Below are positions 29,362 to 39,533 of a DNA stretch of 64,000 nucleotides, in pieces (within the stretch, counting starts at the first letter, position 1; every line of letters starts with the position of its first letter). The stretch lies in NCBI GenBank assembly GCA_965249725.1, contig CBDFMQ010000002.1, positions 2,400,001-2,464,000 on the forward strand, given 5' to 3'. A model generated the notes under the pieces. It was not told the DNA's origin, made no database searches, and saw nothing but the letters and a program-made list of their open reading frames with translations. The DNA is from Longimicrobiales bacterium. GTDB taxonomy: Bacteria > Gemmatimonadota > Gemmatimonadetes > Longimicrobiales > Gaopeijiaceae. The translations under genes and the position numbers were made by a program.

Positions 29362-29604
29362 ATGACACGAAAGCTCAGGAATGTCACCGTAACGCTGGAC
29401 GAAGAGACCGCCCGATGGGCCCGAGTCCAAGCGGCTCAAAGGGATACTTCGGTGTCGAAGCTTCTCGGTGAAGTGCTCCGGAGGGAGATGCGCCAGGAGT
29501 CCCGGTACGAAGCTGCGAAACGGATCTACATGGCACAGGAGCCCGACGTCTACCGCAAAGAGGGCAGGCCACTGCCCACGCGGGCCGCGTTGCACGATCG
29601 GTGA
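29362..29604 (+). CDS. RHH/CopG-type antitoxin
   Basis: RNVTVTLDEETARWARVQAA...SVSKLLGE...LHDR; overlaps the PIN gene. Confidence 0.82.
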   Translation: MTRKLRNVTVTLDEETARWARVQAAQRDTSVSKLLGEVLRREMRQESRYEAAKRIYMAQEPDVYRKEGRPLPTRAALHDR

Positions 29605-30044
29605 CCGTCTTCGTCGACACGAATGTCCTCGTCTACGTTCGCGATCAGACGGAGCCCGACAAACAGCGCAAGGCGGCAGAGTGGATCGCCGCGCTTTGGG
29701 ACACCGGCCTGGGTAGGCTCAGCTATCAAGTGCTCCAGGAGTACTACGTCACTCTGACAGCCAAGCTCGACCTCAAGCGCCCCGTCACAGGGGTCCGAGA
29801 GGACGTCGCCGCGCTGCGGGCCTGGAACCCTGTCGGTGTTGACCACGCAACGATCGAGCGGGCCTGGGACGTTCAGGATCGTTACGGCTATTCGTGGTGG
29901 GATGCATTAATCGTGGCCGCTGCGCTCCAAGCCGGATGCCGCTATCTGCTGACCGAGGATCTCCAGCCTGGCCAGGCGATCGAAACCGCGACCGTGATCA
30001 GTCCCTTCGAACGTGATCCCGACGAGATCTTGTCGTCCCTCTGA
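29601..30044 (+). CDS. PIN domain (VapC-like) toxin
   Basis: VFVDTNVLVY, QVLQEYY, SWWDALIVAAA and LLTEDLQ motifs. Confidence 0.92.
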   Translation: MTVFVDTNVLVYVRDQTEPDKQRKAAEWIAALWDTGLGRLSYQVLQEYYVTLTAKLDLKRPVTGVREDVAALRAWNPVGVDHATIERAWDVQDRYGYSWWDALIVAAALQAGCRYLLTEDLQPGQAIETATVISPFERDPDEILSSL

Positions 30045-30076
30045 TCGTCAGGAGAGTGCCGGGGGCCCCATGTTCG

Positions 30077-32203
30077 TCACGACACCGGCACCTTCTTCCG
30101 GTACTTCTCGAACCACGCCTGCAGGTAGAGCTGATTCAAGATCCGGTGCGACGGCCGTCGCCACCCATGGAACTCCTCCGGCATGCGAATCAACAGCGTC
30201 TCCTTGCCCTGCATCTTCAGCGCCCGGAAGAACTCCTCGCTCTGACCCATGGGGGTGCGTAAGTCCCGCTCGCCGGTCATGAGCAGCACCGGCGTCTCCA
30301 CATTGCCCACCGAGGCGATCGGTGAGCGCTCGTACCAGTCCAGCGGGTCCTCCCAGTGCGGCTTCATGAACCAGCTGTACTTGTCCGTAGGATCGTCGGC
30401 GGTGCCCGCCGCGGAGATGTAGTTGACGATGGGCCGCATGGCCGCGGCGGCCTGGAAGCGGTGCGTCTGCCCCACGATGTAAGACGTCAGGATCCCTCCC
30501 CCACTGCCTCCCAGCACGAACAGGTTGTCGGTGTCGATGAAGCCCTCGGCAATGGCGGCGTCCACCCCCGCCATCAGGTCGTCGTAGTCCTTCCCGCGAT
30601 AGGAGTGCTTGATGCCGTCTACGAAGGCCTTCCCGTATCCGGTGCTGCCCCGCGGGTTCATGAAGAACACGGCGTATCCTTGTGCGGCGAAGTTCTGCCA
30701 GGCCCAGTTCCACTGAACGGAATACATCGAGTACGGTCCGCCGTGGATCCAAAGGAGGAGCGGGTACTTCCGAGTGGGATCGAACTCGGCGGGCTTCATG
30801 AGCCAGCCCTGTAGATCCAGGCCGTCGGGCGACTCGAACAGCAACTCGTCGACCTGGCCGAGGCGCACCCCGTCCAGCACGTCCGCGTTGACGTCGGCCA
30901 ACGCGCTCATCGCAGAGGCGGTCGTCGTCGCGGACACCCCCATCGGGAACGTCACCAGATAGCCTGGCCGATCGGAAGTGGATCGCACCGCCGCGGCCTG
31001 TCCGTTCGCAGCCAGTGTGAGCTGCGAGAGCACGTGGTTCCCCGTTGTGACAGGACGACGCTCACCGTCGCGCGACACGAAGTAGACGTTCGCCACGCCA
31101 CGCTCGGACATCAGGTAGTAGACTCCCGAGTTGTCCGGGGCCCAAACCACGCTCCGCACCGAGTTCGGAAGGTCGCCCGCCAGCAGGCGCTTCCTCCCGC
31201 CACTGCTGTCCATCAGATAGAGACTCGAGATGTTGCCGTCGGCATAGTCCTGGTCGTCGAACCCGGTGTAGGCGATCCATTCCCCGTCGGGGGAGAGCTG
31301 CATGCCCCGATCGGGGCCCTGGCGGTCGGTGAGCTGCTCGATGTCCCCAGAGCGTAGGTCCATCGAGTAGATCTCCGACTCGTTGATCTCCAGCTCGACC
31401 TCGGACCACGGCTCCAGCCAGGCGACGAAGTAGAGCCTCTCACCATCCCGGGACCAATGGACCTCGGCCGCAAACCCGCGCGGATCGTTGTAGCTGTGGC
31501 CCTCGGTAGTGACCTGGCGGGGAGTACCTCCCGCCACCGCGTCCAATGTGAACAGATGGATCTCGCCACGGGGCAGATCCCCCCTGCCGTCGTATCCGAA
31601 GATGATCCGGTCGATCACCTTGGCGGGCGGAGCGAGCTTGGCCCCTCGGGGGAACTCCGGAAGCTCGACCGGCAGGATCGGGGTCGTCTCAGGCACCCTC
31701 ATGCCGAACACCAGCGTCTTGCCGTCGGGCGACCAGTGCAGGGCGTGCGGCGTCTGCTCCAGGTGCGTGAGCTGCGTCGTCTCGCCCGTATCCAACCAGA
31801 GCACGTGGATCTGGCTCGAACCGTCGCGGTCCGACAGGAACACGATGCGCTGCCCGTCGGGAGACCAGACCGGCGACGAGTCGCTCCACGTGCCTCGGGT
31901 CAACTGACGCACACGCGATCCGTCGGCTTCGGCGATCCAGAGGTTGCTGCGGGTGCGGTCCTCCATCTTGTCGACCCACCCGCGCGTGAAGATCACGTGG
32001 CGTCCGTCGGGCGAGATCTGCGGGCCGCTGACGCTCTCCATCTCCAGATAGGTGTCGGTGTCCAGGAGACGGTAGCTCGCCCCGGCCTGCCCGGCGGCGG
32101 CCGTAGGACCGAAGACCGTGACACCCAGCGCGGTCGCCAAAGCCAACAGGAAAGTCGGCGGCGCCACCGTACTGCGTATCGGCCACATCGCTCTGTTTCG
32201 CAT
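30077..32203 (-). CDS. Secreted S9 family peptidase (prolyl oligopeptidase/acylaminoacyl peptidase)
   Basis: PD40-like propeller (SPDG repeats); IHGGP, NPRGSTGYG, GGSGGG (nucleophile), GERDLRTP and H motifs. Confidence 0.92.
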   Translation of the reverse strand: MRNRAMWPIRSTVAPPTFLLALATALGVTVFGPTAAAGQAGASYRLLDTDTYLEMESVSGPQISPDGRHVIFTRGWVDKMEDRTRSNLWIAEADGSRVRQLTRGTWSDSSPVWSPDGQRIVFLSDRDGSSQIHVLWLDTGETTQLTHLEQTPHALHWSPDGKTLVFGMRVPETTPILPVELPEFPRGAKLAPPAKVIDRIIFGYDGRGDLPRGEIHLFTLDAVAGGTPRQVTTEGHSYNDPRGFAAEVHWSRDGERLYFVAWLEPWSEVELEINESEIYSMDLRSGDIEQLTDRQGPDRGMQLSPDGEWIAYTGFDDQDYADGNISSLYLMDSSGGRKRLLAGDLPNSVRSVVWAPDNSGVYYLMSERGVANVYFVSRDGERRPVTTGNHVLSQLTLAANGQAAAVRSTSDRPGYLVTFPMGVSATTTASAMSALADVNADVLDGVRLGQVDELLFESPDGLDLQGWLMKPAEFDPTRKYPLLLWIHGGPYSMYSVQWNWAWQNFAAQGYAVFFMNPRGSTGYGKAFVDGIKHSYRGKDYDDLMAGVDAAIAEGFIDTDNLFVLGGSGGGILTSYIVGQTHRFQAAAAMRPIVNYISAAGTADDPTDKYSWFMKPHWEDPLDWYERSPIASVGNVETPVLLMTGERDLRTPMGQSEEFFRALKMQGKETLLIRMPEEFHGWRRPSHRILNQLYLQAWFEKYRKKVPVS

Positions 32204-32263
32204 CGAAATCCCCCTCATTCGGGTCGTTCTGAGACTCGCGCCGACGATCATCAAGCGGCCCGC

Positions 32264-33898
32264 CTACCGGCCGAATCGATACGTCGGTCCGAAGTAGTAT
32301 GGCTCCCCCGGCCTCCCCCGCTCCCGGTATACCGGATGCTCGTCGTCGAGCGACGGCATGCCGTCCAACTCCGAGAGGTGCCAGGCCAACCGCACCGCCC
32401 GCTTCGCCATCTCGGCCGGCGACTCCATGGTGAACGTTCGTTCGTCGAAGTTGTCGGCGGGCCGATGGCGCCACTCGTCGTAGTACTTGAGGCGATCGGC
32501 CAGACCGACCTGCCAATCCCCGTCGACCGTATGCCCGGGCTTGAGGTCGATCGCCGGTACGCCCGCCAGAAGGAAGGGGTAGTGATCAGACGAGAAGCCG
32601 ACGAGGCTCGTGAGCGCACGATCCCGCTCCATGACGCCAACGCCCGTCTCGGCCATGACGTCTCGTACGATGCGCCGCAGATCCGAGAGGTCCGCGGCGT
32701 TGTCGATCACGTCCTCGGTGGCCACACCCTCCCTTCCGCCGTCCTGGTTGATGTTGGCGACCATCCGTTCGACCGGAAACGCCGGGTTGCGGACGTAGTA
32801 CCACGATCCCAGGAGCCCCCGCTCCTCCGCCCCCACTGCGGCGAACACCACGGACCGGCGGGCTCGTAGGCGCACCATCGCCTCAGCTGCGGCCAAGAGC
32901 TTCGCGCTGCCGATCGCATTGTCGTGCGCACCGTTGTTGATGGAGTCTCCTGATGCGTTCGGGGATCCGATCCCCACGTGGTCCAGGTGCGACGTAAAGA
33001 CGATGGACTCGTCCCGGTGCGCCGGATCCGTTCCCGGCACGATGCCGACGACGTTCCAGCTCCGCACGGGCTCGAGTCGGTGCGTTCGAGTCAGGCCGAC
33101 CGACTCGACAGAGGCGGCACGACTCTCGCCCAAGTCCGCGAGCGCGGTCGCCTCACCGGGGTCGATGCCCCACGCCTCGAGTAGCCGCCAGCTCCCTTCC
33201 GCCGTGACGGTCGCGTGGGCCCGGACTCTCGGTGCGGTCCCGTCCGCGAGGGCCAGGACACGGCGTGGATTGCCGGGTGGCTGCGAAGGTCGAGAGACGG
33301 CGGGATCTCGAGGCGTGCTCAACTGGACGACCACGGCCGCACCTCGCCGGATCGCGATCTCGACTGCCGCGTTGGCGGCGCGAGCCCGATTCCGGTCGGC
33401 GGCCCACTCCTCGGGCTGGCCCCTGAGCAGGAAGACCGCCTTGCCGGACACGTCGGCGCCCATGTAGTCGTCGCGTCCGTGGGTCGCGAGCCCGTAGCCG
33501 ACGTAGACCCCCTCGCCCGTCCAGCTCGCCGAGCCGTCGAGCCACGACGGCTCGAACCTCGCGTCGGGCTCCTGCAGGCGAAGGTCCCCCGCCCGAAGCT
33601 CACTCCCGAGATCCTCCACGGCCTCCAACAGATCGAACGGCTGTAGGTACGAATCTCCGTCGAGGGGGGTCAGACCGATGCGGCCGAACTGCGTAGCCAC
33701 GTATTCCTTGGCGATCTCGAATCCGCGGTCATTGGTGTCGCGACCGCGGAGCATGTCGTGCGAGAGAAACCTCACATGGCTTTTCACGAGCGCGGGGGTG
33801 ACCACGTCCAGGGCCTCGGCGACCGGATCGTGCTCCTGGCAGGCGCTAGCCCCCGTCAGGGACACCCCAAGCGTCACGTAGACCCAAGTCGTCCGCAT
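32264..33898 (-). CDS. M28 family metallopeptidase lipoprotein with PA domain
   Basis: SHLDHVG, NGAHDNA, AEERGLLGS, NINQD, SDHYPF and HRPAD motifs; GASAC lipobox. Confidence 0.9.
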   Translation of the reverse strand: MRTTWVYVTLGVSLTGASACQEHDPVAEALDVVTPALVKSHVRFLSHDMLRGRDTNDRGFEIAKEYVATQFGRIGLTPLDGDSYLQPFDLLEAVEDLGSELRAGDLRLQEPDARFEPSWLDGSASWTGEGVYVGYGLATHGRDDYMGADVSGKAVFLLRGQPEEWAADRNRARAANAAVEIAIRRGAAVVVQLSTPRDPAVSRPSQPPGNPRRVLALADGTAPRVRAHATVTAEGSWRLLEAWGIDPGEATALADLGESRAASVESVGLTRTHRLEPVRSWNVVGIVPGTDPAHRDESIVFTSHLDHVGIGSPNASGDSINNGAHDNAIGSAKLLAAAEAMVRLRARRSVVFAAVGAEERGLLGSWYYVRNPAFPVERMVANINQDGGREGVATEDVIDNAADLSDLRRIVRDVMAETGVGVMERDRALTSLVGFSSDHYPFLLAGVPAIDLKPGHTVDGDWQVGLADRLKYYDEWRHRPADNFDERTFTMESPAEMAKRAVRLAWHLSELDGMPSLDDEHPVYRERGRPGEPYYFGPTYRFGR

Positions 33899-33905
33899 CA
33901 AGCGC

Positions 33906-35639
33906 TCAGCCTCCCCCGGTATTCGGAAGCGCAAAGTGGAAGGCTGCCCCCCCGTCGGGATTCTGCTCCGCCCACAGCCGACCGGAGTGGGCCTCGATTA
34001 TCGACCGACTGATCGAGAGACCCATCCCCAGGCCGTTCGGCTTTGTCGTAAAGAAAGGATCAAACATGTTCTCGGCGATGGAAGGCTCGAGTCCGACCCC
34101 TTCGTCGAGCACGACCACCTCGGCCTCCTCGGCACCCCTGTTGCACGTCCGGATGGTCACCCTGCGCGGGGCGGCACTATCGTCTTGGGTCGCGTCGATG
34201 CTGTTCAGAAGGAGGTTCATCAGAACCTGCTGTAGCTGAATCCGATCGCCTTCCACGAGGGAAAGATCGGGGTCGAGATCCATCTCGAACAAGGTGTTGC
34301 TCAGGATCGCTTCTTTCCGCAGGAGGACCACCACTTCCTCCACGAGGCCATTCATGTGCAGCGGGGAGCGCTCCTGCTCGCCCTTTTCGAGCAAGGCCCG
34401 CATTCGCCGAATCACCTGTCCCGCTCGCCGAGCCTCATCAGAGATGTCGACCAACGCCGCGCGGGCCTCGTCACTGTTCGGCCGCTCGCCGTCCAGAAAG
34501 TACCCAACGGCTACCGCATTGGCTGCGATCGCCTTGAGCGGCTGATTCAACTCATGGGCCAACGATGCCGTGAGTTCTCCCATGGTGGCCACCCGTGAGA
34601 CGTGGGTGAGCTCTTCAGCGAGCCTTCCGGCGCCGGCCTCCCACTCCAGATCACCCAATACATTGGCAAACAACTGGCCCACGATGTTGTCTCGCTCCAT
34701 CAAGACGCTCGGCCAATCGGGCGAATCTCGATGAGTGAACGCAGCCACCGAGCCGAGTAGTCTTTCACCCTGAAGCAGGGGCATGGTAAGGCCCGCCTTC
34801 ACATGGTTCTCTTCGACGACTTCTCTGAAGGTCTCCCATCGACTGGGAATCTCCTCGACGTGTGCGAAGAAGTGCGCGTCCCCACCCTCTAAAAGGGTGA
34901 CCACGTCCGAGAACCCTCTCAGCCCCTCTCGCCGAACGGCTCGGAGCCTGGGTGTCTGTTCACCGCGGGTCCACTCATAGGCTCCGGCACTCACAGAGTC
35001 GTCGTCGGACATATGTATGAGAACACAACGGTCCGCGCCGAGGAACTTCCCCAAGTGCTCCAGTGCACGAACGATGGCCCCACGCAGCTGGGCGTGGGGC
35101 GCTTTGGCAAAGGCCGTCGACACATCCGAGACCATTTGCTGAAAGGCGAGGCGTTCCTCGAGTTTAGCGTTCGCAGCCTCAAGCTCCTCGGCCTTCTCAC
35201 GGAGCTTTGCCTCGGCCTCCTTCAGTTTCGTAATGTCGGTGTGCGCCCCAAGCAACCGGATCGGATTCCCCTCGGCATCTCGGATCGCGACGCCCCTGCA
35301 CCGCACCCACACCGTAGATCCATCGCGATGACGGTAGCGGACGACTTGATCGTATGGGTGTGTCGCATCGGAACAATGACTCTCAAAGTTCGCGATCACC
35401 CCCGGGAGATCCTCCTCGAAGATTAGGTCCTTCCACTCGGAAGTCAGGTGCTCGCGCTGACTAGGATCTTGTCCGAAAACCGTCCAAAAGCGGGGACTCA
35501 TCCACTCATGATTCGGGTTCTCAAGGTCCCAATACCAGATACCGTCCAGTGACCCCATTTGGATGAACTCGAATATGCTGCTATCGGACTTGATCAGTGT
35601 ATAGAGTTCATCTTTGAGATAGTGGTCGGCTTCGCTCAT
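33906..35639 (-). CDS. PAS-GAF sensor histidine kinase (FixL/TodS-like)
   Basis: PAS (DGIWYWD...HRDGSTVWVRCRG), AHELNQPL, QLQQVLMNLLLN, PFFTTK and GMGLSISRSIIEAH motifs. Confidence 0.93.
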   Translation of the reverse strand: MSEADHYLKDELYTLIKSDSSIFEFIQMGSLDGIWYWDLENPNHEWMSPRFWTVFGQDPSQREHLTSEWKDLIFEEDLPGVIANFESHCSDATHPYDQVVRYRHRDGSTVWVRCRGVAIRDAEGNPIRLLGAHTDITKLKEAEAKLREKAEELEAANAKLEERLAFQQMVSDVSTAFAKAPHAQLRGAIVRALEHLGKFLGADRCVLIHMSDDDSVSAGAYEWTRGEQTPRLRAVRREGLRGFSDVVTLLEGGDAHFFAHVEEIPSRWETFREVVEENHVKAGLTMPLLQGERLLGSVAAFTHRDSPDWPSVLMERDNIVGQLFANVLGDLEWEAGAGRLAEELTHVSRVATMGELTASLAHELNQPLKAIAANAVAVGYFLDGERPNSDEARAALVDISDEARRAGQVIRRMRALLEKGEQERSPLHMNGLVEEVVVLLRKEAILSNTLFEMDLDPDLSLVEGDRIQLQQVLMNLLLNSIDATQDDSAAPRRVTIRTCNRGAEEAEVVVLDEGVGLEPSIAENMFDPFFTTKPNGLGMGLSISRSIIEAHSGRLWAEQNPDGGAAFHFALPNTGGG

Positions 35640-35915
35640 CGTTCATCATCCTTTGGAGGGGGCTTCGGCTTCTGGGTCACCAAAGTCTTCAGTCGCTCGA
35701 TCTTGCTCGGGTACCAGCGGGCAGCGCCTGTCTTTCACGCGTCTCCCCCGGGGGGGGAAATACTTCCGTGCCGTTCGCGCCGCGACATTTCCTCGCCGCG
35801 AGATCGTTCCGGCTTCACATCGAACACCGGCAAATCCGATAGACGACCCGCCCGAATGTTGGGCCTGGTACGACAAAGGAGTTAGTCTTGGGCGGTTATC
35901 CGCAGTCATGTAACG

Positions 35916-36608
35916 ATGTCAGATATGAGTGCAAGTATGACGCAGAGTCCGAGGACCGACGGGTTTCAGCGTGTGGGAACCGTCTTCCTGGTGGACGACA
36001 ACACCGCGGTCCGAACCGCACTCGCCAGGGTCTTCCAGTCCGTGGGGTACGAGGTTCATCGGTTCGACTCCGCCAAAGCGTATCTCGAAGAGGTGTCCCC
36101 GGAAGATTCGGGATGTCTCGTGCTGGACATCAAAATGCCTGGCATGACCGGGCTCGACCTGCAAGAGCGGTTGTCCACCCTCGGATTCACAAACCCCATC
36201 ATCTTCATAACCGGCTATGGCAACGTTCCGGCCAGCGTTCGCGCCATGAAATGGGGCGCAGTGGACTTTCTCGAAAAGCCACTCGACCACCAGGAGTTGC
36301 TGGATGCGGTGGAACGGGCCGTGAAGCAGGATGCCGACGACAGGGAACGGCAAAGCGATCGGGCCGACGCCCGGCTCACGTTCGAACTCCTAACCCCGCG
36401 AGAGTTCGAGGTCATAACGTGCATGGTTGGCGGCATGCCGAACAGAGAAATCGCGCAGGAACTCGAGATCAGTGAGAAGACCGTTAAGATCCACCGTGGA
36501 CGTGTCATGAAGAAGATGGGGGCGCGGTCGCTGGCGGACCTCATGCGTATGGCTCGGGGCGCCGGCATCGAACATCGCCGGACGGACGCACCTCCGATTT
36601 CCACCTGA
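35916..36608 (+). CDS. FixJ-like response regulator (REC + LuxR HTH)
   Basis: FLVDD, LDIKMPGMTG, FITGYG, DFLEKP and LTPRE...TVKIHRGRVMKK motifs; start uncertain. Confidence 0.93.
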   Translation: MSDMSASMTQSPRTDGFQRVGTVFLVDDNTAVRTALARVFQSVGYEVHRFDSAKAYLEEVSPEDSGCLVLDIKMPGMTGLDLQERLSTLGFTNPIIFITGYGNVPASVRAMKWGAVDFLEKPLDHQELLDAVERAVKQDADDRERQSDRADARLTFELLTPREFEVITCMVGGMPNREIAQELEISEKTVKIHRGRVMKKMGARSLADLMRMARGAGIEHRRTDAPPIST

Positions 36609-36618
36609 TCGGCCGCGC

Positions 36619-38040
36619 CTACCGGATCACCTGCGGCTGGTCGGGGCTCTGATCCCACATCTGCGCGCTCGAGATGTTGGGCATGTTCCAGTCGTTCCCG
36701 TTCCAGCCCTGGAAGCCCTCCATCCTGAACGCCCAGAACCCGGTGTTGAAGTCGCTCACCACGATCAGACCGTCGGCATTGCGGACGTCCACACCCCAGG
36801 CCCCGTCGTAGATGTTGCCGGTAGTGGCGAAGGCAGAAAACAAAGCTTCGCCGTGGAGGCTGGGGCCCTGCCGCGTGTGGTAATACGCCTCGGTGAAGGG
36901 CCGCGTGGGATCCGTCATGTTGACGATCTGGAGTCCGTCGTCCTGGGCGGAGATGAAGACGTACGGCCACCGGACCTCATGGTTGTGGGTCGCACCCCCG
37001 AACTTTGCCATCCAAGCTCCGATCCCGGATCCCCTGACGATGTTGGGCGTCTGTCCCTCGGAGCCGGGAGGCTGCAGATCGAAGAAACGGATCGGGGAGT
37101 GCTGATAGGTGGGCCCGGACATGCCGAGCCCGTACCGTCCGTCCGGCGTGGGCGTGAAGGTGTGCCCGTTCGCGACTCCCGGGATGCCGGTGACCGAGGT
37201 GAGGAGCCGCGGGTTCTCGACGTCCGTGAAGTCGAAGACGTGGTAGCCCCCGGTCCCGGCGCCGTAGAAGCGATCCTGCCCGACGTCAGGCAGGAAGCCC
37301 AGGTACATGTCGTGCCACTCACGGGCGCGGGTGGCCGAGGGTTGGGGCACGCTGACCGCGGAGACCGGGTCGGTGTTGCCCGCCGCGACCTGCGCGATGT
37401 CGTACACGAAGGCGTCCTCCGACGTGGTCGTTGCGACCAGGAGTGAGCGGCCGTTTGAGTGCTTGTAGGTGAAGATGTTGTGAAAGCCCCCGGGCAGTCC
37501 TGGGACCCGCAGGTCCGCCACCTTGCGCACCGTCGACGCATCGGGTAACCCGGTCACGTCGAAGACCATCGCCCCTAGGTCGGCGTCGGGCCCGCCCTGC
37601 CCGAACTCGCACGAAACAATGAGGTAGTAGCGGCCCTCGGCCTTGGCGTACCTCGGATCGAGACATCCGGAGCCGAGGTGAAGATCGGGGTCGTCCACGA
37701 TGTAACGGTAGAGGACCTTCGGACGTTTCTCGTCCTCGAGGCTGATGGCGTAGAAGCCGGCCGCGCCCCCGCGTTGCGCGATGTAGACGAAAGGCCGATC
37801 GAGCTCCTGTTCGATCTCGATGTCGGCGTGGCTAAAGCGCTCGCCCGGGAGAGGAATGTGCGAGACGACCTCGATATTGGGGGTGCCGCGCAGACCCACC
37901 GTGTAGCCCGTCTCGGGCTGCAGGCAGGTGGGGTCGCCGAAGCAGGTCACCTGGGCTAGCGCACTCGAAGCCGAAAGGCCGACGGCGAGGGCTACCATGA
38001 TGAGCGCATACGGAACCGGCATCGCTATTCGCTGGTGCAT
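36619..38040 (-). CDS. Secreted LVIVD-repeat beta-propeller protein, paralogue P1
   Basis: Signal peptide then QVTCFGDPTC; LVIVD-like units (HVFDFTDVENPRLL, GLQIVNMTDPTRP, LIVVSDFNTG). Confidence 0.85.
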   Translation of the reverse strand: MHQRIAMPVPYALIMVALAVGLSASSALAQVTCFGDPTCLQPETGYTVGLRGTPNIEVVSHIPLPGERFSHADIEIEQELDRPFVYIAQRGGAAGFYAISLEDEKRPKVLYRYIVDDPDLHLGSGCLDPRYAKAEGRYYLIVSCEFGQGGPDADLGAMVFDVTGLPDASTVRKVADLRVPGLPGGFHNIFTYKHSNGRSLLVATTTSEDAFVYDIAQVAAGNTDPVSAVSVPQPSATRAREWHDMYLGFLPDVGQDRFYGAGTGGYHVFDFTDVENPRLLTSVTGIPGVANGHTFTPTPDGRYGLGMSGPTYQHSPIRFFDLQPPGSEGQTPNIVRGSGIGAWMAKFGGATHNHEVRWPYVFISAQDDGLQIVNMTDPTRPFTEAYYHTRQGPSLHGEALFSAFATTGNIYDGAWGVDVRNADGLIVVSDFNTGFWAFRMEGFQGWNGNDWNMPNISSAQMWDQSPDQPQVIR

Positions 38041-38076
38041 GGATCTCTCCCTGATATCAGGGCCCCCAAGGGGACA

Positions 38077-39501
38077 CTAGTTCCTCTGTTGTTGTGCAAC
38101 GTCGGGCTCTTCGTCCCAGAACTGAGCGCTCGAGATGTTGGGCATCGCCCAGTCGTTCCCGTTCCAGCCGTTGAAGCCTTCGAGTCTGAACGCCCAAAAG
38201 CCGGTGTTGAAATCGCTCACCACAATGAGTCCATCCGCGTTGCGGATGTCGACGCCCCAAGCGCCATCGTAGATGTTTCCCGTCGTGCCGTATGCTCCCC
38301 CGAACATGGCGTCACCGTGAAGGCTGGGGCCCTGCCGCGTGTGATAGTAACCTTCGGTGAAAGGGTGCGATGGATCGGTCATGTTGACGATTTGCAGTCC
38401 GTCGTCTTGGGCGGAGATGAACACGTACGGCCACCGCATCTCGTGGTTGTGGGTCACGCCGCCGAACTTTGCCATCCAGGCTCCGATCCCCGACCCCCTG
38501 ACGATATTGGGCGTCTGTCCCTCCGACCCGGGCGGCTGCAGATCGAAAAAGCGAATCGGCGCATGCTGATAGGTCGGCTCGGACATCCCGAGGCCATATC
38601 GCCCGTCGGGCGTGGGCGTGAACGTGTGGCCGTTCACGGTCCCAGGGATGCCTGTGACCGATGTGAGAAGCCGAGGGTTCTCTACGTCCGTGACGTCGAA
38701 GACGTGATATCCCCCCGTGCCGGCCCCGTAGAAGCGGTCCTGAGCGGCGTCGGGGAGGAACCCGAGGTACACGTCGTGCCATTGTCGGGCGCGGTCGGCC
38801 GAGGGTTGGGGCACGCTGACCGCCGAGACCGGATCCGTGCTGCCCGCCGCGACCTGCGCGATGTCGTATATGAATGAGTCCTTCGACTGGGTGGTTGCGA
38901 CCAGGAGCGAGCGTCCGTTCGAGTGCTTGTACGTGAAGATGTTGTGGAAGCCCCCAGGCAGGCCCGGGACTCGTAGGTCTGCCACCTTGCGCACCGTCGA
39001 CGCATCGGGTAACCCGGTCACGTCGAAGACCATCGCCCCCAGGTCGGCGTCGGGCCCGCCCTGCGCGAACTGGCAGGACACGATCAGGTAGTACCGCCCC
39101 TCCGCCTTGGCGTACTTCGGATCGAGACATCCGGAGCCGAGGTGGAGATCGGGGTCGTCTACGATGTAACGGTAGAGGACCTTCGGAGTCTGCTCGTCTT
39201 CGAGGCTGATCGCGTAGAAGCCGGCCGCGCCGAAACGCTGTGCGATGTAAACGAAGGGCCGATCCAGCTCCTGCTCGATCTCGATGTCGGCGTGGCTAAA
39301 GCGCTCGCCGGGCAGCGGAATGTGCGAGACGACCTCGACGTTCGGCGTACCGCGGTGCCCCACAGGGTAGCCCGTCTCGGGCTGCACGCAGGTTGGGTCC
39401 CCGAAGCACGTCACCTGCGCCGGTGTGCGGGAGGCCGTGAGGCTCATGGCGATCGCCGCCAAGGCGAGCACATTCAATACGGGCGAGGTTCGCTGGTGCA
39501 T
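38077..39501 (-). CDS. Secreted LVIVD-repeat beta-propeller protein, paralogue P2
   Basis: Full-length colinear paralogue of P1. Confidence 0.85.
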   Translation of the reverse strand: MHQRTSPVLNVLALAAIAMSLTASRTPAQVTCFGDPTCVQPETGYPVGHRGTPNVEVVSHIPLPGERFSHADIEIEQELDRPFVYIAQRFGAAGFYAISLEDEQTPKVLYRYIVDDPDLHLGSGCLDPKYAKAEGRYYLIVSCQFAQGGPDADLGAMVFDVTGLPDASTVRKVADLRVPGLPGGFHNIFTYKHSNGRSLLVATTQSKDSFIYDIAQVAAGSTDPVSAVSVPQPSADRARQWHDVYLGFLPDAAQDRFYGAGTGGYHVFDVTDVENPRLLTSVTGIPGTVNGHTFTPTPDGRYGLGMSEPTYQHAPIRFFDLQPPGSEGQTPNIVRGSGIGAWMAKFGGVTHNHEMRWPYVFISAQDDGLQIVNMTDPSHPFTEGYYHTRQGPSLHGDAMFGGAYGTTGNIYDGAWGVDIRNADGLIVVSDFNTGFWAFRLEGFNGWNGNDWAMPNISSAQFWDEEPDVAQQQRN

Positions 39502-39533
39502 GGATCACTCCTGAGTGTTCGTCAACCAGGTTT

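Noticed and set aside
35868..35877. GTACGACAAA shared between the response-regulator upstream region and 49123-49132
   Set aside because: A 10-nt match between intergenic regions is expected by chance at this scale.
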